Assembly (NCBI GenBank): GCA_951406725.2
Contig: OX597831.1
Location: forward strand, 57,226,001 to 57,290,000
DNA length: 64,000 bases
Reading direction: 5' to 3'
From: Octopus vulgaris
Lineage: Eukaryota
The position numbers were made by a program, and so were the translations under genes. Positions 42,716 through 55,779 of the stretch are shown here, in pieces (the first letter of the stretch is position 1; every line of letters starts with the position of its first letter). A model generated the notes under the pieces. It saw only the letters and a list, made by a program, of their open reading frames with translations. It ran no database searches and had not been told where the DNA came from.

Positions 42716-43695
42716 TTATTATCATAAATCTTCCACTGAGGAGGGAGCCGGTTTCCAACAAAGATACAAGGCTCCATCTTTGGGATGTAGTTAACATAGA
42801 CAAATTCACATTTGGAACTTGAGGAAAGTCTTGCATATTTTTAGTTTTCCACTCACAGACTGCACTTATAATGTACGAATTAACCGGTCGATTTCTCTTT
42901 CTGAAAATCCCAGTTTATCCAGCCTCTCCTTTAAGCATTTACTAACAAAACCTAGTGCTCCAATTTTTATTGGCATGAATATGAATTCATAGTCTAGATA
43001 TAGAAGCTTGGAGGTTTCGAAGCATTTGTCCATAGATATCCTGTTTTTCTTTGATTTTCAAAGAGATATTTATAACTGCAGTGCAGCTGACCTCTATAAC
43101 GATACATACCTTTGCCCCTCTGTCCCAAACAACAATATCCGGTCTGTTATGTTTACATTTGGCAGAAGTTTTGATGGGAATATTCTACCAGTATTCCTTG
43201 AGTTGGTGTTTATGAACGTATTCCATAACAGAGGGATTTTCTGAATTTATTTCAGGACAGTCTTTTTTTGCGAATAGCATTGTAAATTGTTTTAGCAACA
43301 ACATCGTGCCGCATAGGTAGGTAGTCCCGTGACGACATTTTAGGACAGTTGCTAATCACATGCGTAATGTCTTCCACAGAAACATGACATAGCCTACACA
43401 TGCGGTTGCACCTTGGGATTATAAGAGCATCACCGTGTCTCTTGTTCAGTGGCTATCTCCTGTTCCTGGATTGCAAACGCATAGCCTTCAAAGTGTGATG
43501 TGATGTAGTGGTCTTGTGTCCAAGACAGGCTGCGCTTCGTGTCAATTTTACTGTCTTCTTCAAGCTTCCGGGCAACATACTCATAGTTTTTTTTTTGTAT
43601 GCTGAGTGCTTTCCATCCAGGTCTTCTCTGAGGTAAGAGAATCCAACTGTTTTGGGCTATATGGGAGATCATCAGGAAGAGAGTGCTTCTTGAGG
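42716..43695 (-). pseudogene. R4/Dong-like LINE 3' remnant (CCHC zinc knuckle plus REL endonuclease)
   Basis: HFEGYAFAIQEQEIAT, CRLCHVSVEDITHVISNC, YLPMRHDVVAK, NRPDIVVWD, IGALGFVSK and KICKTFL. Confidence 0.85.
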
Positions 43696-44109
43696 TATGT
43701 GTGTATGTATGTTTTATGTATGTATTTATGTATGCATGTGTGTATGTATGCATGTATGTATGAATGTATGCATGTTTGTGTGCACGTATATATGTATGTA
43801 TGTTTGTACGTATATTTTAATTTAGGGTTAATTTTGACCGGTCACCTGCCTGCTAGCAAAGTTATGAAAGTATCATGTTTTGTTCACTATCCTTTTAATC
43901 TTACAAATGTTTTGAAGATTTCTATTGTCTTAGATATCGTAATCGTTTGTAGGGTTTGAATGAAAGATTTGCATTCTCTTCCGAAGCCATTCTTGTTGCT
44001 CCAATTATTATAGTAGGTACGAAACGGGAGGTGACCTTGGGGGATGGCTTTGTAAACGCCTTATTAATGGCCCGTAGACGTTCTTTCTCCTGTATGGTGT
44101 GTACATATA

Positions 44110-44147
<38 letters not shown>

Positions 44148-44152
<5 letters not shown>

Positions 44153-44360
44153 AGAGTTTACGGAAAAAAACAAAAGACGAAGACAGGTGGTGTACAAAAC
44201 AAACAGATGTATTAGTATAACGCTCAGGAATAGAAATAGTCTTTTACATTTCGAGCCTACGCTCTTCTACAGAAGGAGAGAAACAAGGAGAGAAAAAATG
44301 TGTGTAGTGGCTAACGATCTATCATGGCGTCTGACTCGGACAGAAGGGTCCCACAACGTA
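44148..44360 (-). mobile_element. Hammerhead-bearing (TA)n-embedded repeat
   Basis: Reverse complement of 44241-44276 reads cctt-CTGTAGA-a-GAGC-gtag-GCTC-GAAA-tgta-aaag. Confidence 0.75.
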
Positions 44361-44593
44361 CATACACATACACACATATACATATATATACATATGTAAG
44401 TTATTATCTTAAAAGAACTTTTTTTATTTAACAGAATATCACTAACCTTTGTTGATGAAGTTCGTATATAGTGTTCCAATTATTCTTTATGTATGTTTTG
44501 TTTGTTAGCACTTTCGTTTTAAACTTTTCAGACACATGTTCTGAGCTAAAAAAACAACTTCCTATAGATGAAGTTGTGTACTTTTTTATAATA

Positions 44594-44734
44594 TAAGGTT
44601 GTCCCAAAAGTTCGTAGAAAGTCTTGGAAAATAATGGTCTTTGTTTTGAGGAATAATTTTTGATGTTTTTGTTAGTACTTGGCGAGTAAAAATTCAATTT
44701 TCGCAAGTGTTTACGAACTTTTGGGACAACCTAA
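44594..44734. mobile_element. 141 bp mariner-type MITE
   Basis: TIRs aggttgtcccaaaagttcgta / tacgaacttttgggacaacct, flanked by TA. Confidence 0.85.
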
Positions 44735-46413
44735 TAGTATTTCCAGTTTAGTTTCAGATTTAGAATTCTTACAAAATATTCTTCTTTTGCCTTTCATTGT
44801 TTATCATCTTATAATTTGTAAAAGAAGAATAGGCAAGAGAAACGATTGGTGGAACTAAATATGTTCCTTCAAAAACAGAAATACCCTATAAAGTTAACAA
44901 AATCATGCCAATTGTTGGATATTTTTACAAATGTTGACTATTTCTGGTTTAGTTTCAGATTTGGAATTCTTATAAAGTAGTCTTCATTTGCTGTTCATAG
45001 ATGATCATTTTCATCTTTTATTTTGTAAAAATGGAATATTTTAAATTTTCTATTTGCACGAATGTGTAGATGTTTTACTATATGGAACATTTCTAAGAGA
45101 TGAATCTTTCATTTATTGTTGATGCACGTTTATACAACTGGTTAGTTTTGTCCCTATTTCTCTAATGTAATTCTCATTGCATTGTGGCATATGATGCAGT
45201 AGGTGAGATTCTTTTGTTTTGCAATTCTTATGATTTCCCTCCATTCTTGAATCTTTTGGTGATTCTTAGCTCAATTATTTCACGCGTACCATAACGAGTG
45301 TCCCCCAAACTTTGTTACCTGCACTATTTTTCTCCGATGTGACTCTCGTAAGATATAGATAGGAACTTCTTTTGCTTTGGTTATGGCATGATTTTGTTAA
45401 CTTTATAAGGTATTTATGTTTTTGAAGGAACATATTTAGTTCCACCAATCGTTTCTCTTGCCTATTGGTATTTGTAATTACTTAACTTATACATCTTGCC
45501 ATGTTGGATAGTATGTTCCTTTTTGTATTGGAAAGATGACAAGATCTAAAATCTGATTACTGGAAAGTCAAGGAAAGGGAGTTTCTTTTTATTCACTTCC
45601 AAAGTAAATTAGATCGATTCATGAATGTTCTTTATTAATTTAAGGTATTTTGTAAAGAGACCCATACATTTGTCCAAAATATGAAGCAATCATCCAAAAA
45701 TCTTTTCCAGTTCTTTATTAAATAAGTTTGGAAATGGTGAACAAAAGTAGTTCTGGACACGGTATAGATATTTTTCTTTCAGGTACTCCATTACTAGTGT
45801 CGCAAACGTTGGTACAACTTTCGTCTCTTGTTGCTGTTCCTTGTATTTATAGATAATATTGGTTGTCAAAGAAGTTGTTTTCCAGTATTAAACGCGAATT
45901 TCAAGTATAACTTTTTTTAGGAATCTCTCCTGATTCTTTTGTGGGTATTTACCAATTCAGCATTCTCCTGCCTCTAATCCTAATCCATGGGGATTATTTG
46001 TGTAGAAACTGGTTACATCAAAGCTAACTAGGATTGTCTTTTTATTTATTCTTTTTAGAATATAGTTGAGGAAGTCCATGTCATCTCTAATGAAACTAAG
46101 ACCCATTTTGCTCAGAAATTTCAAAATTGCGTCAAGCAAGTTGCTTAATCGTTAGGTACTGGATGCTGGTCCTGCAACAGTTAGGACGTAATCTTTACAT
46201 ATGGTGTATGGTGGTCCTTTAAGCTGTTATTAATTTCTTTAGATTTATGGAATTTTGGAAGTCCATAAAGGTTACTTGTTTTACCTCAAAATTAGTGAGG
46301 TTATCCAACTTCTGTTTCGTTTAGTTTTTTTTTAATTTGATCGTTAATTTATCGATTTTACTCATTGTTCGTTTATCTGCATTGCTTTCTAAAATTTGTT
46401 TTTGTAGAAATAT

Positions 46414-46830
46414 AGGCGTAGGAGTGGCTGTGTTGTAAGTAGCTTACTTACGAACCACATGGCTCTGGGTTCAGTCCCATTGCGTGGCACCTCGGGCAAG
46501 TGTCTTCTGCTATAACTTCGGGCCGACCAAAGCCTTGTGAGTGGATTTAGTAGACAGAAACTGAAAGAAACCCGTCGTATATATGTATATATATATATGT
46601 ATGTGTGTGTGTATGTCTGTGTGTATGTCTGTGTGTCTGTGTTTGTCCCCCCAACATCGCTTGACAATCGATGCTAGTATGTTTACGTCCCTCTAACTTA
46701 GCGGTCCGGCAAAAGAGACCGATAGAATAAGTATTAGAATTACAAAGAATAAGTCCTGGGTTCGATTCGTTCGGCTAAAGGCGGTGCTCCAGCATGGCCA
46801 CAGTCAAATGACTGAAACAAGTAAAAGAGA
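46414..46830 (+). mobile_element. SINE family B, full-length, nested in the PLE
   Basis: Near-consensus copy. Confidence 0.9.
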
Positions 46831-47910
46831 TCATTTCCCTGTAATGGATCATTTCCCTGTAATGGATCTTGTCTTTTATTAGGATGGCTCCTCAGTGTCG
46901 GCTTTCAGAGGAGTTTTTCCTGTAGACATTCCATTACCTTTTTTTAACATTTGATTTTATTTGGATTGTTTGCTGATCTTTTCAGGTATATATTCATCTA
47001 AGTTTCTACTCCGGTTTATCGGAGGTTTAAACCCTGTTTCGCTTTTCACAAGTGGTGGATCTTCCTCATGTTTGTTTTGGAAGAATTCTCATTGACGAAG
47101 TTTCTTACAAAATTCCTCAGTATTTTTACAAGTTCTGCTGTGTCGGGTTTGTAAGTCGGTGTGAATTTGAGTCCATTTTCTAGAAGTTTTATTTCGTTTT
47201 CCACGGGGTTCCGCTGTGATAGGTTGATGAATGTGGGGTCAGTTGGTCCAATATTTTCTTGATTTTTGCATCATTAATGTTTTCTTTCATTTTTAACTGG
47301 AGTTTCTGTTCCTTAGAAAACGGCTTTTTGCTTTATGGGTCAATGGTACATTATCTTTCAGTTATTCTATTGCGTTGGAAAGGATTTGTCTAATGTGTGT
47401 TTTCTCTTGTTTAGTGCTCTTCATTTTCCAATGTTATTGTTCGTGACTGGTTTGTGATTGACTTTCTCTCGGTCTGAGAAAATAGGTTTGATTGACCCGA
47501 GGCTCTAGTAGAAGATACATGCCTATCATGCCATGCAGTGGGACTGAACCCGGAACCATGTGGTTGGGCACCAAACTTTTCTCTCTGTCTCTCTCTCCCT
47601 CTGTCTGTTTGTCTCTCTCTCTCTCTGTTTCTCTCTCCCTCCCACCTCTCTCTTTCTCTCTCTATATATATACACACATACATTAATACAATATGTATTT
47701 ATGTGCATTCAACACCCACATACATTTAGTAATGCTCACTTTTTTATTGATATTAATTCCTTAGAATAAAGATACGCATTGCTTGTAATCCACTTATTTA
47801 TTAATTAATGTTATTAATAGCAAAAATTTCAACTTCAACCTTTGCGTGCGTTTTTATTAAAAGAATAAAACCCACTCCTAACAGTCTGACAATATATGTT
47901 CCGGCATAAA

Positions 47911-48105
47911 GGCGGCATCGAACAGAATCGTTAGCACACCGGGTAAAATGCTTGATGGCATTTCGTCCGTCTCTACGTTATTTGTTCAAATTCTGCCGAG
48001 CTCGACTTTGTCTTTCATGCTTTCGGAGTCGATTAAATAAGTACCAGTTGAACACTAGTGTAATCGACTTAGCCCGCCCCCGAAATTGTAGGTTTTGTAC
48101 CAAAT
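47911..48105 (+). mobile_element. SINE family A
   Basis: Head and core. Confidence 0.75.
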
Positions 48106-48132
48106 TATTCTATCATGGAGTAAATTATAATT

Positions 48133-48947
48133 TTAAATTAATAATAGAAGGGTAAAATTTATTAATCAAATTAATTAATTAATTAACTAATTAGTTAACA
48201 ATTTTACCAAGTAGATCGGTACGTTAAAATAATCCTTATAGGTAAAATTATCCCATAATTATAATTAGGGTTTAGCTAACTGCTTCACCACATACCGAAA
48301 TTAGAAATAGGAGTTAAACATTTCCTGCAACTATAAGAATCTCCATGACGGTAAACATACTTTTTTACGAGGGCAAAGAGAAAAACAATTAATTTAAAAT
48401 TATAATTTACTCCATGATAGAATTTTGCAGTTTTCTGCAGTATTGCTCGTAGCGTACACGTGGATATAGAGTTTGAATAGTGTATTCAAATTCGGCTCTG
48501 TAAATTTTGGAAGTGTTGGTTGGATATCTGTTACATGATGTCGCTTGATTGTGTGCATATTCAGTCCATGCACTTTCAAATTTTATAAAAAAATTGGAAA
48601 TATTATACTGAAGAGAGAAGTAAGTAAAATTCAAATTACTTTAATCTCGAAACGTGTATATAATTAATCCTGGTCGTGTCGATTCATTGTTTTTCTCTTT
48701 GCCCTCGTATAAAAGTATGTTTACTGTTATGGAGATTCTTACAGTAGCAGGAAAGGAATTTTTAACTCCTATTTCTAATTCCGGTATGTGGTGAAGCAGT
48801 TAGCTGAACCCTAATTATAATTATGTGGATAATTTTACCTAGTAAGGTTATTTTAACGTACCGATCCACTTGGTAAAATTGTTAATTAATTGATTAATTA
48901 ATTAATTAATTTGCTTAATAAATTTTACTCTTCTATTATTAATTTAA
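48133..48947. mobile_element. Long inverted repeat, ~257 bp arms (48133-48389 / 48686-48947), with a hammerhead in the spacer
   Basis: Arms are colinear reverse complements. Confidence 0.9.
48602..48664 (+). ncRNA. Type I hammerhead, canonical core
   Basis: attata-CTGAAGA-gaga..tctc-GAAA-cgtg-TA-tataat. Confidence 0.75.
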
Positions 48948-48956
48948 TACGCACAC

Positions 48957-48993
<37 letters not shown>

Positions 48994-48996
<3 letters not shown>

Positions 48997-49068
48997 CTGT
49001 TTCAGTTATAAGATGCAGTGGACTCATAGTGGAGTACCTGAATAACAACTTGTAGCTTCATCAGAGCT
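48994..49068 (-). ncRNA. Type I hammerhead, 3'-truncated by a (CA)n tract
   Basis: Reverse complement reads agct-CTGATGA-agctacaag...cttataact-GAAA-cagct. Confidence 0.55.
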
Positions 49069-49167
49069 TTGAATATGAAGTGCAATTTATTTGGGAAAAA
49101 GAATTACATCTGCACAGTATATAGGGTAAGGCATCACCAGTGAGAAAACCAATAATGATGAATATCA

Positions 49168-49221
<54 letters not shown>

Positions 49222-49225
<4 letters not shown>

Positions 49226-49629
49226 TGGTTAGTATAGTTGCTACTCTAATCTCGGCTTGAGAAATTACAACGAGCTACTTTGCTTGTTGCAAATCAGTGA
49301 CAAATGGTCACTTTGTTTACAATATATTGCTGGCTAGAGTGAACCTTGGCTGTCACTTTGGCGACCAGGTGCACGCGATTGAAGATTAGCTGACCAGCTG
49401 GAAACTGAGTCAGTCTCACGATCCTGTTGTCTGCTAGAGGATGGTAGGCGTTCGCTCCCTAGCTAGCAATATATATGTACAAGGTGCAGGCTGCACCAAT
49501 AAGCAGCTGGCCGGAGATCTGCCTGGGGTTAAACGAATAGTAACATGGAACAACCATTTTGATGTGGCGATTAATTTTACTGGTTAATATAGTTACTACT
49601 CTGATATCTTCATGAGATTTTACAACTAG

Positions 49630-49632
<3 letters not shown>
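49222..49632 (+). mobile_element. Short element with ~55 bp terminal direct repeats and a PBS-like tggcgacc (TRIM/LTR relic)
   Basis: 49222-49277 resembles 49578-49632; (TA)n on both sides. Confidence 0.5.
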
Positions 49633-49693
<61 letters not shown>

Positions 49694-49899
49694 TCAAATC
49701 AAATAAACGAACATCAAACATAACAATAGCACAAGAACCAAAGGACGTGCACATGGAACGTATTAGTTTGACGCTCAGTGAAAAGAGAAAGACTTTGACT
49801 TCGTCGGAAAGGAAAAAGGAAAAAGGGAAAACTCCAGAGAAGGGGAAAAAATCAACAGCACGCGTGTAGTTACATACTGGTCATGATGTGTTTCCACGC

Positions 49900-50135
49900 A
49901 CCGTTCTTGCTTTCAAATGAAGTCAGTCCACTGACTAGGCGGGTAGGCCAACAATCCCCAGGAACGGAATGTCAGTTGGTCCAAAGGTTCCCGATTTACA
50001 TCTGTGTGGATTAAGGCAACGTGAAATGAAGATTTTTTATTTTGCTCAACAACAAAATGCACCGCCAGTCTGGGAATCGAAACCATTATCTCGCGACTGT
50101 GAGTGCAATCCGCGAACCACAAGGCCAAGCGCCTT
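49900..50135 (-). mobile_element. tRNA-derived SINE (family D)
   Basis: Reverse complement head aggcgcttggccttgtggttcgcg..ggtttcgattccc. Confidence 0.6.
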
Positions 50136-50440
50136 TACACAAACACACACACAATGTGTACTTGAAGTCATTCAATATATTAAATAAACATATTTTGTCC
50201 CGCTGTAAAATCCTGCTTAAACCACAGCATTTTGGCAGCTTTGAATAGGGATAAAAACTAATAGTTTAAATACTCATCAGAAGTTGCTTTTCTCTGCCAT
50301 CTAAGCTGCTGAAATAGAAAAGCGTAGAGCTTCGTATGAAGATTATAATTATGAGTATAAGAAGATGACTTAATTTATATAATAACGCAAGCGGGTATTA
50401 ATTGCTAGATTATCAGTTCAATTTGAATAATGAATACATA

Positions 50441-51005
50441 TTGGGTTGTCCGGAAAGTTCGTGCCGATTTATAGCATCTTACCTTTCGACTTATTTTAGA
50501 ACATGGTTCTGTCCATAAAATAGGATTTGACTACACCTCCATTTAGAGCACAGTTTAAGCTATCTTTCTGTGGAAGACGATTTATGTTCCTATAACCTGT
50601 GTTAATTCTGTAACCCTTTAAATTGGAAGATAATAAAGTTCCTTTTCGGCACTTGATGCTTTGGGAACCAGACAAAAATTGCTGCATCTCGGCTGGGATG
50701 TGTAACCCCACCCTCCATATTCACCAGATATTGCTCCTTCGGATTTCTCCTTATTCAGGTCTCGACAGAATAGTCTTAATGGTAAAAGATTCAATTCTTT
50801 GGATGACATAAAAAGATACCTTGATGAATTCTTTGCCATGAAACCACCTCATTTCTGGGAAGAGGGTATTTTCAAGTTAAAGGCAAGATGGAGACGCATT
50901 GTGCAAAAAAATGGTTCATATTTGGTTGATTAAAAATGTAATGGCAAGTATTTATTGACATTTTTCTTTCCTTTAAAAATCGGCACGAACTTCCGGACAA
51001 CCCAA
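50441..51005 (+). mobile_element. Internally deleted mariner (DD34D) transposon
   Basis: ~30 bp TIRs ttgggttgtccggaaagttcgtgccgattt, TA TSD, and HPPYSPDIAPSDF..LF / RWRRIVQKNGSY. Confidence 0.95.
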
Positions 51006-51252
51006 TATATCTATACAGTGTCATGCGCACATTTTGAATAAGCATATATCAAATAAATATATATTTAATTTGATTCTGATATATACTGCAGAGCATTCAC
51101 CTGCATCGAATGTGTGTGTGTGTGTGTGCGCGCGCGCGTGCGTATCCATTTACTTCTCTTATTTGTTCTCCAAGTATATTGAAACCACGATATCTCATTC
51201 TAACAAATATAAATATATTTATATATATGTTTACTTAATTCACACACACAGA

Positions 51253-51304
<52 letters not shown>

Positions 51305-51307
51305 TGC

Positions 51308-51348
<41 letters not shown>

Positions 51349-53183
51349 CATACATACATATACACACACACACACATCGAACAGTAGAAGATGAAGCTTC
51401 TTCAATTCCCTACTCTTTGCTTTCCATTTCCCGTTGTTCAATTAATTAACGGCTGTAGTGTGACAAGATAAAAACAAACATTTTCAGAAACCCATCGGGA
51501 TATGAATGTGCAGCAGCACATCCAGATTTTATTGGTTGGTGAATAAAACGTTGGGTTATTTGTAATATTTTCATTTATCAAAAACACGCAATATGTTCAT
51601 CTTTTCAGTACCAGAGGTGAAAACAGGCAATATTATCATTTGTTCGTTACAATATATAGCGCATATCTGAGTTGAAGTATGTCTTATTACAGAAATATTA
51701 ATGTTTTTGAAATATGGGGTCATCTCTCATAATCTAGCAAATCAATTGCGCAAGAAACTAAACTTGGCTCGTTTTTTAGCTTGAAATTCTTCAATAAATA
51801 ATGATGTGCCAGCAAAAAATGAATTAATTCACGTCTTTTGTTCAAAATTTCATAGCATGTTACACCTTTTCGAGGGGCAGAGATTACGCTTTATGGAACC
51901 ATTGATATCGGAAGATGTGTATTATATAACATACCAAGAGAGTTTACTATTGACAGTGTTATTATCCTCTTGAACCCAGATATATTTAGATAGTGCAGTA
52001 ATATGGCATCTTTCTGTGTAACTGAATGTATATTTTCAATGGGATTTTCTGTAAGTGCTATGTAGCTTTTAACTTCACTTTAATCTACAAGAAAGACCTT
52101 ATGTCAATAAATTAATGCTTTAGAAATTGTTATATTATTGAGAGGCCAAATATTAAGTGGAAGAGTCTCGGATAGAAAACATTATACTGTTGTTAATACA
52201 CTAAATATGTTGCTTCGTCTCTAATAACTATTTTCAAACTATACCTATGATACTGTACATTAGCCTTCAAGGAAAGATCGTTATCGTGTTAAGGCCAAAT
52301 CGTATTCTGCTGCAAAGATTGCAACTAAGTGTGTATTTAGAGCTGACAGTGAAAGACACTCTGTTTGAAACAGAAAATAACCACAGGCCTTATTAGGGGA
52401 CACGAATCACCTATCTATTACAAAGTAGAGTTCCAATTTATAGTTAAATAAAATTAATCTAGAATTAAATTTAAATCCATTCAAGACCGGACGTTGCTTT
52501 CAGATCACTGAAGGGCTTAACTGAATGCCAAAACAGTTCAATTTAGTTGTTTTTGTTTAGTCCCAGGTCAATCGTGATCGAACCAAACTATGACCAAAGA
52601 TGTTCATATCGCCAGCATCCTGCCCACTTACCTCATCCAGGCACACTGTATCTGGATCTGTATAGAACTGTCTATTATCCAGCTTGTTTTTTTATTTCAA
52701 TGTGGTGGGGTTTTGAAGGAGAACCGGCCGTTATTGCTTGTAGTTGGGGCAGCCATAATTAGATTCCATCGTTGAGGATTTGTAAGATCTCTCAAGTTTG
52801 TTTTTTCTCTTTGACTATGTAGTACTTAGTCATTTTTATTAAATAATGCTGAGTGCCATGGCTAAGTGGTTAAGTTCCTAATCTTCCGATCCGGTGTTCG
52901 TTCATACCGTGAAGCATCCTGAGCAAATAATTTTATCATAGCCCCGAGTCGAGTCAAGCCTTGTGAGTAAAACTGAAGATGAAAATCATGTAGAAGCCTA
53001 CTGGATGTACTTGCAATTTAAAGGTCCAACCTTGTCGCATATAGTGTCACGCTAATTCGGTTTGGTATTTACATTAAAGGCATACTCAACCACCAGCTCA
53101 TTCATTTAACGAGTCAAATATTCGGCACATTTAGTAGCGATGATTAAAACAAAGCTGTCTAAATTTTTGTTTAGCACGTTCAT

Positions 53184-53346
53184 AGGCGCAGGAGTGGCTG
53201 TGTGGTAGGTAGCTTGCTTACGAACCACATGGTTCCGGGTGCAGTCCCACTGCGTGGCACCTTGCGCAAGTGTCTTCTACTATAGCCTCGGGCCGACCAA
53301 AACCTTGTGAGTGGATTTGGTAGACGGAAACTGAAAGAAGACCGTC

Positions 53347-53426
<80 letters not shown>

Positions 53427-53625
53427 ATATGTTTGTGTGTCTGTGTTTGTCCCACCAACATCGCTTGAAAACCGATGCTGGTGTGTTTACGTCCCCGTTA
53501 CTTAGCGATTCGGCAAGAGAGACCGATAGAATAAGTAGTAGGATTACAAAGAATAAGTCTTAGGGTCGATTTGCTCGACTGAATGCGGTGCTCCAGCATA
53601 GCCGCAGTCAAATGACTGAAACAAA
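53184..53625 (+). mobile_element. SINE family B, full-length
   Basis: Near-consensus with internal (TA)n(TG)n. Confidence 0.9.
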
Positions 53626-54227
53626 AAAACACACACTCAAACGTGAAAAAACACTCAAATGCTCTGAAAACTTTTTTTGAGAAAAAAACTCTTATGGATA
53701 ATGTGTGAAAACACACTGCATTAGAGGCCATGAATGACGCCATCAAATTGCAGGACTCAGTGTTTCTGAATTGCTACACTTCGTTAGCTACGCCCTAGTT
53801 TGATTCTAATTCCAGCTTGACGAAACTTTCTTTGCACACATCAGCAAACTTATTATTTGTTGTTCTAATATAAGAACAATTCTTAATAGGCTCTGAGCGA
53901 AGATTTCGGTGTCTGTAGCTGACAAAGCGTAACGACGCAGAAACACGTGACAATCCGATGGCTTCATTCATTGCCCAGCGTGATGTATTTTCAGACACAT
54001 TATCCATAATAATTTCTCTCCTGAGACTTTCCGCATAGAAAATCTGTCTATGTTTGAGTGAACAAGCATATGTTAAATATAACTGTACACAGTTTTATAT
54101 ATTTATATATTTTAGTATAAATGTGTAGCCATACTTTTTTAAATTAAGAGAGGCTGCTGAAAAGTTTGAAAAAAAGCATAACAAGCCCAGATATACCAAG
54201 CAAATTTATCTTTATAATTGCTTCAAA

Positions 54228-55510
54228 TTTTGCTAGCATTTTAAGAGAAGGAGAAGTCAATTATATCGACCCAGTATTTGTCTGGTACTTTATTTTATCG
54301 ACCCCAAAAAGATGAAAGGTAATATTGATCTCGGTGATATTTGAATTTAGAAGGGAAAGGACCGGAAGAAAAACTACTAAGTATTTTGTCTGACTAACGA
54401 TTCTGTCAACCCGTAGCTTTTACAATGTAAAGCAAACTCTCGTGGGTGTACTTTATCTGCTTAATGAATTATTCATTAAATATGATTTCTCCTGATTAAA
54501 TAGCCATTGGTTATGTGGTCGCTCAGGGAGCTGAGGTAGAGGGCCAAAACATTTTAATTAAGTCAAACTAGACTTTTGTTAGTTGATTCTAATTTATGTA
54601 CAAGGTCAGCAATTTTTGAGGAGAAGACATTAGTCAATACAATCGACCCATGTATTTGATTGGTACTTTTTATTTTTATTCTCCTTGAAAGGATGAAAGG
54701 CAAAGTTGACTTCAGTGGGATTTGAACTCAAGACGTACAGCCAAGAGAATGACGTGCTAACGATTCTGCCAACTCGGAGCCTTAATTAGACCCGTAATGA
54801 TTCTTTCTTATTTCCACGCAAGTTCAGCAATTTTGAAGGGAGAAGCAAATCGATTACATGAACCTCAGTACTTAGCTGGTACTTTATTTTATCGACCCTG
54901 AAAGAATGAAAGCCAAAGATGACCGCGGTGCTACTTGAACTCAGAACATAAAGTTGGAAGAAAGGCTGTTACGTAATTTTGTCAGACGTGCTAACAATTC
55001 TGAAAAAATTGCCACCATAACTAGACCTACAATGATTCTGTCTACTATTGGCACAAGACCATAAATGTTAAGAGGAGGGGCAAGTACATTACATCGACTC
55101 CAGTACTTAGCTAGTACTTTATTTCATCGATCCTGAAAGCATGAAAAACAAAGATGACTTCTGCGGAATTTGAACTAAGAGCATAAATAACCAGAAGAAA
55201 TACCACTGAGCATTTTCTCCAATGCCCAAACGATTCTACCAGCTCACCACCTTAATTAGACCTATAATAATGGTTTTAAAATTTGGCTCAAAGCCAGCAG
55301 TTTTAGAGCAAGCGGTTAGTTAATTACATCGACCCCCATGCTCAACTGGTACTTATTTTATCGACTCTGAAAGGAGGAAAGGTCGATAGAATTAGGCCTA
55401 TAATAATTTTATCTACTATAAGCAGAAGGCCTGAAATTTGGGGGAGGAGGTAAGACTAGTCGGTTATACCGACTCCAGTGTCTCACTGATACTTAACTTA
55501 TCGATCCTGA
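54228..55510 (-). repeat. Head-to-tail array of SINE family A-derived units with a conserved linker
   Basis: Linker aattagacc.(a/g)taat at ~54782, 55017, 55252 and 55390. Confidence 0.8.
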
Positions 55511-55594
55511 ATGCAAAGTCTACCTCCGACGAATTTGAACTCAGAACGTAGCGACGGGCAAAATACCTATTTCTTTACTACCTACAAGAGGCTA

Positions 55595-55614
55595 AACCCT
55601 AACCCTAACCCTAA
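55595..55614 (-). repeat. Three (TTAGGG) telomeric units at a SINE A/SINE B junction
   Basis: aaccctaaccctaaccctaa. Confidence 0.7.
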
Positions 55615-55684
55615 ACACACCAGTATCGGTTGTCGAGTGATGTTGGGGGCACAAACACAGACACACAAACATATACACACATAT

Positions 55685-55779
<95 letters not shown>

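Larger units (their letters stand above)
44400..47410 (-). pseudogene. Penelope-like retroelement, decayed RT plus GIY-YIG endonuclease ORF
   Basis: GLKFTPT, NLYGLPKFHKS, LVSFDVTSFYTN.PH, TKVVPTFATLVM, WKRFLDDCFIFWT and NLTYCIIC..CNENYI motifs, in the expected order. Confidence 0.9.

Noticed and set aside
53795-54007. 70 aa non-repetitive ORF
   Set aside because: No recognisable domain or splice support.
54585-55510. CRISPR-like repeat/spacer appearance
   Set aside because: The spacers are homologous SINE units of about 215 bp, the context is eukaryotic, and there are no cas genes.
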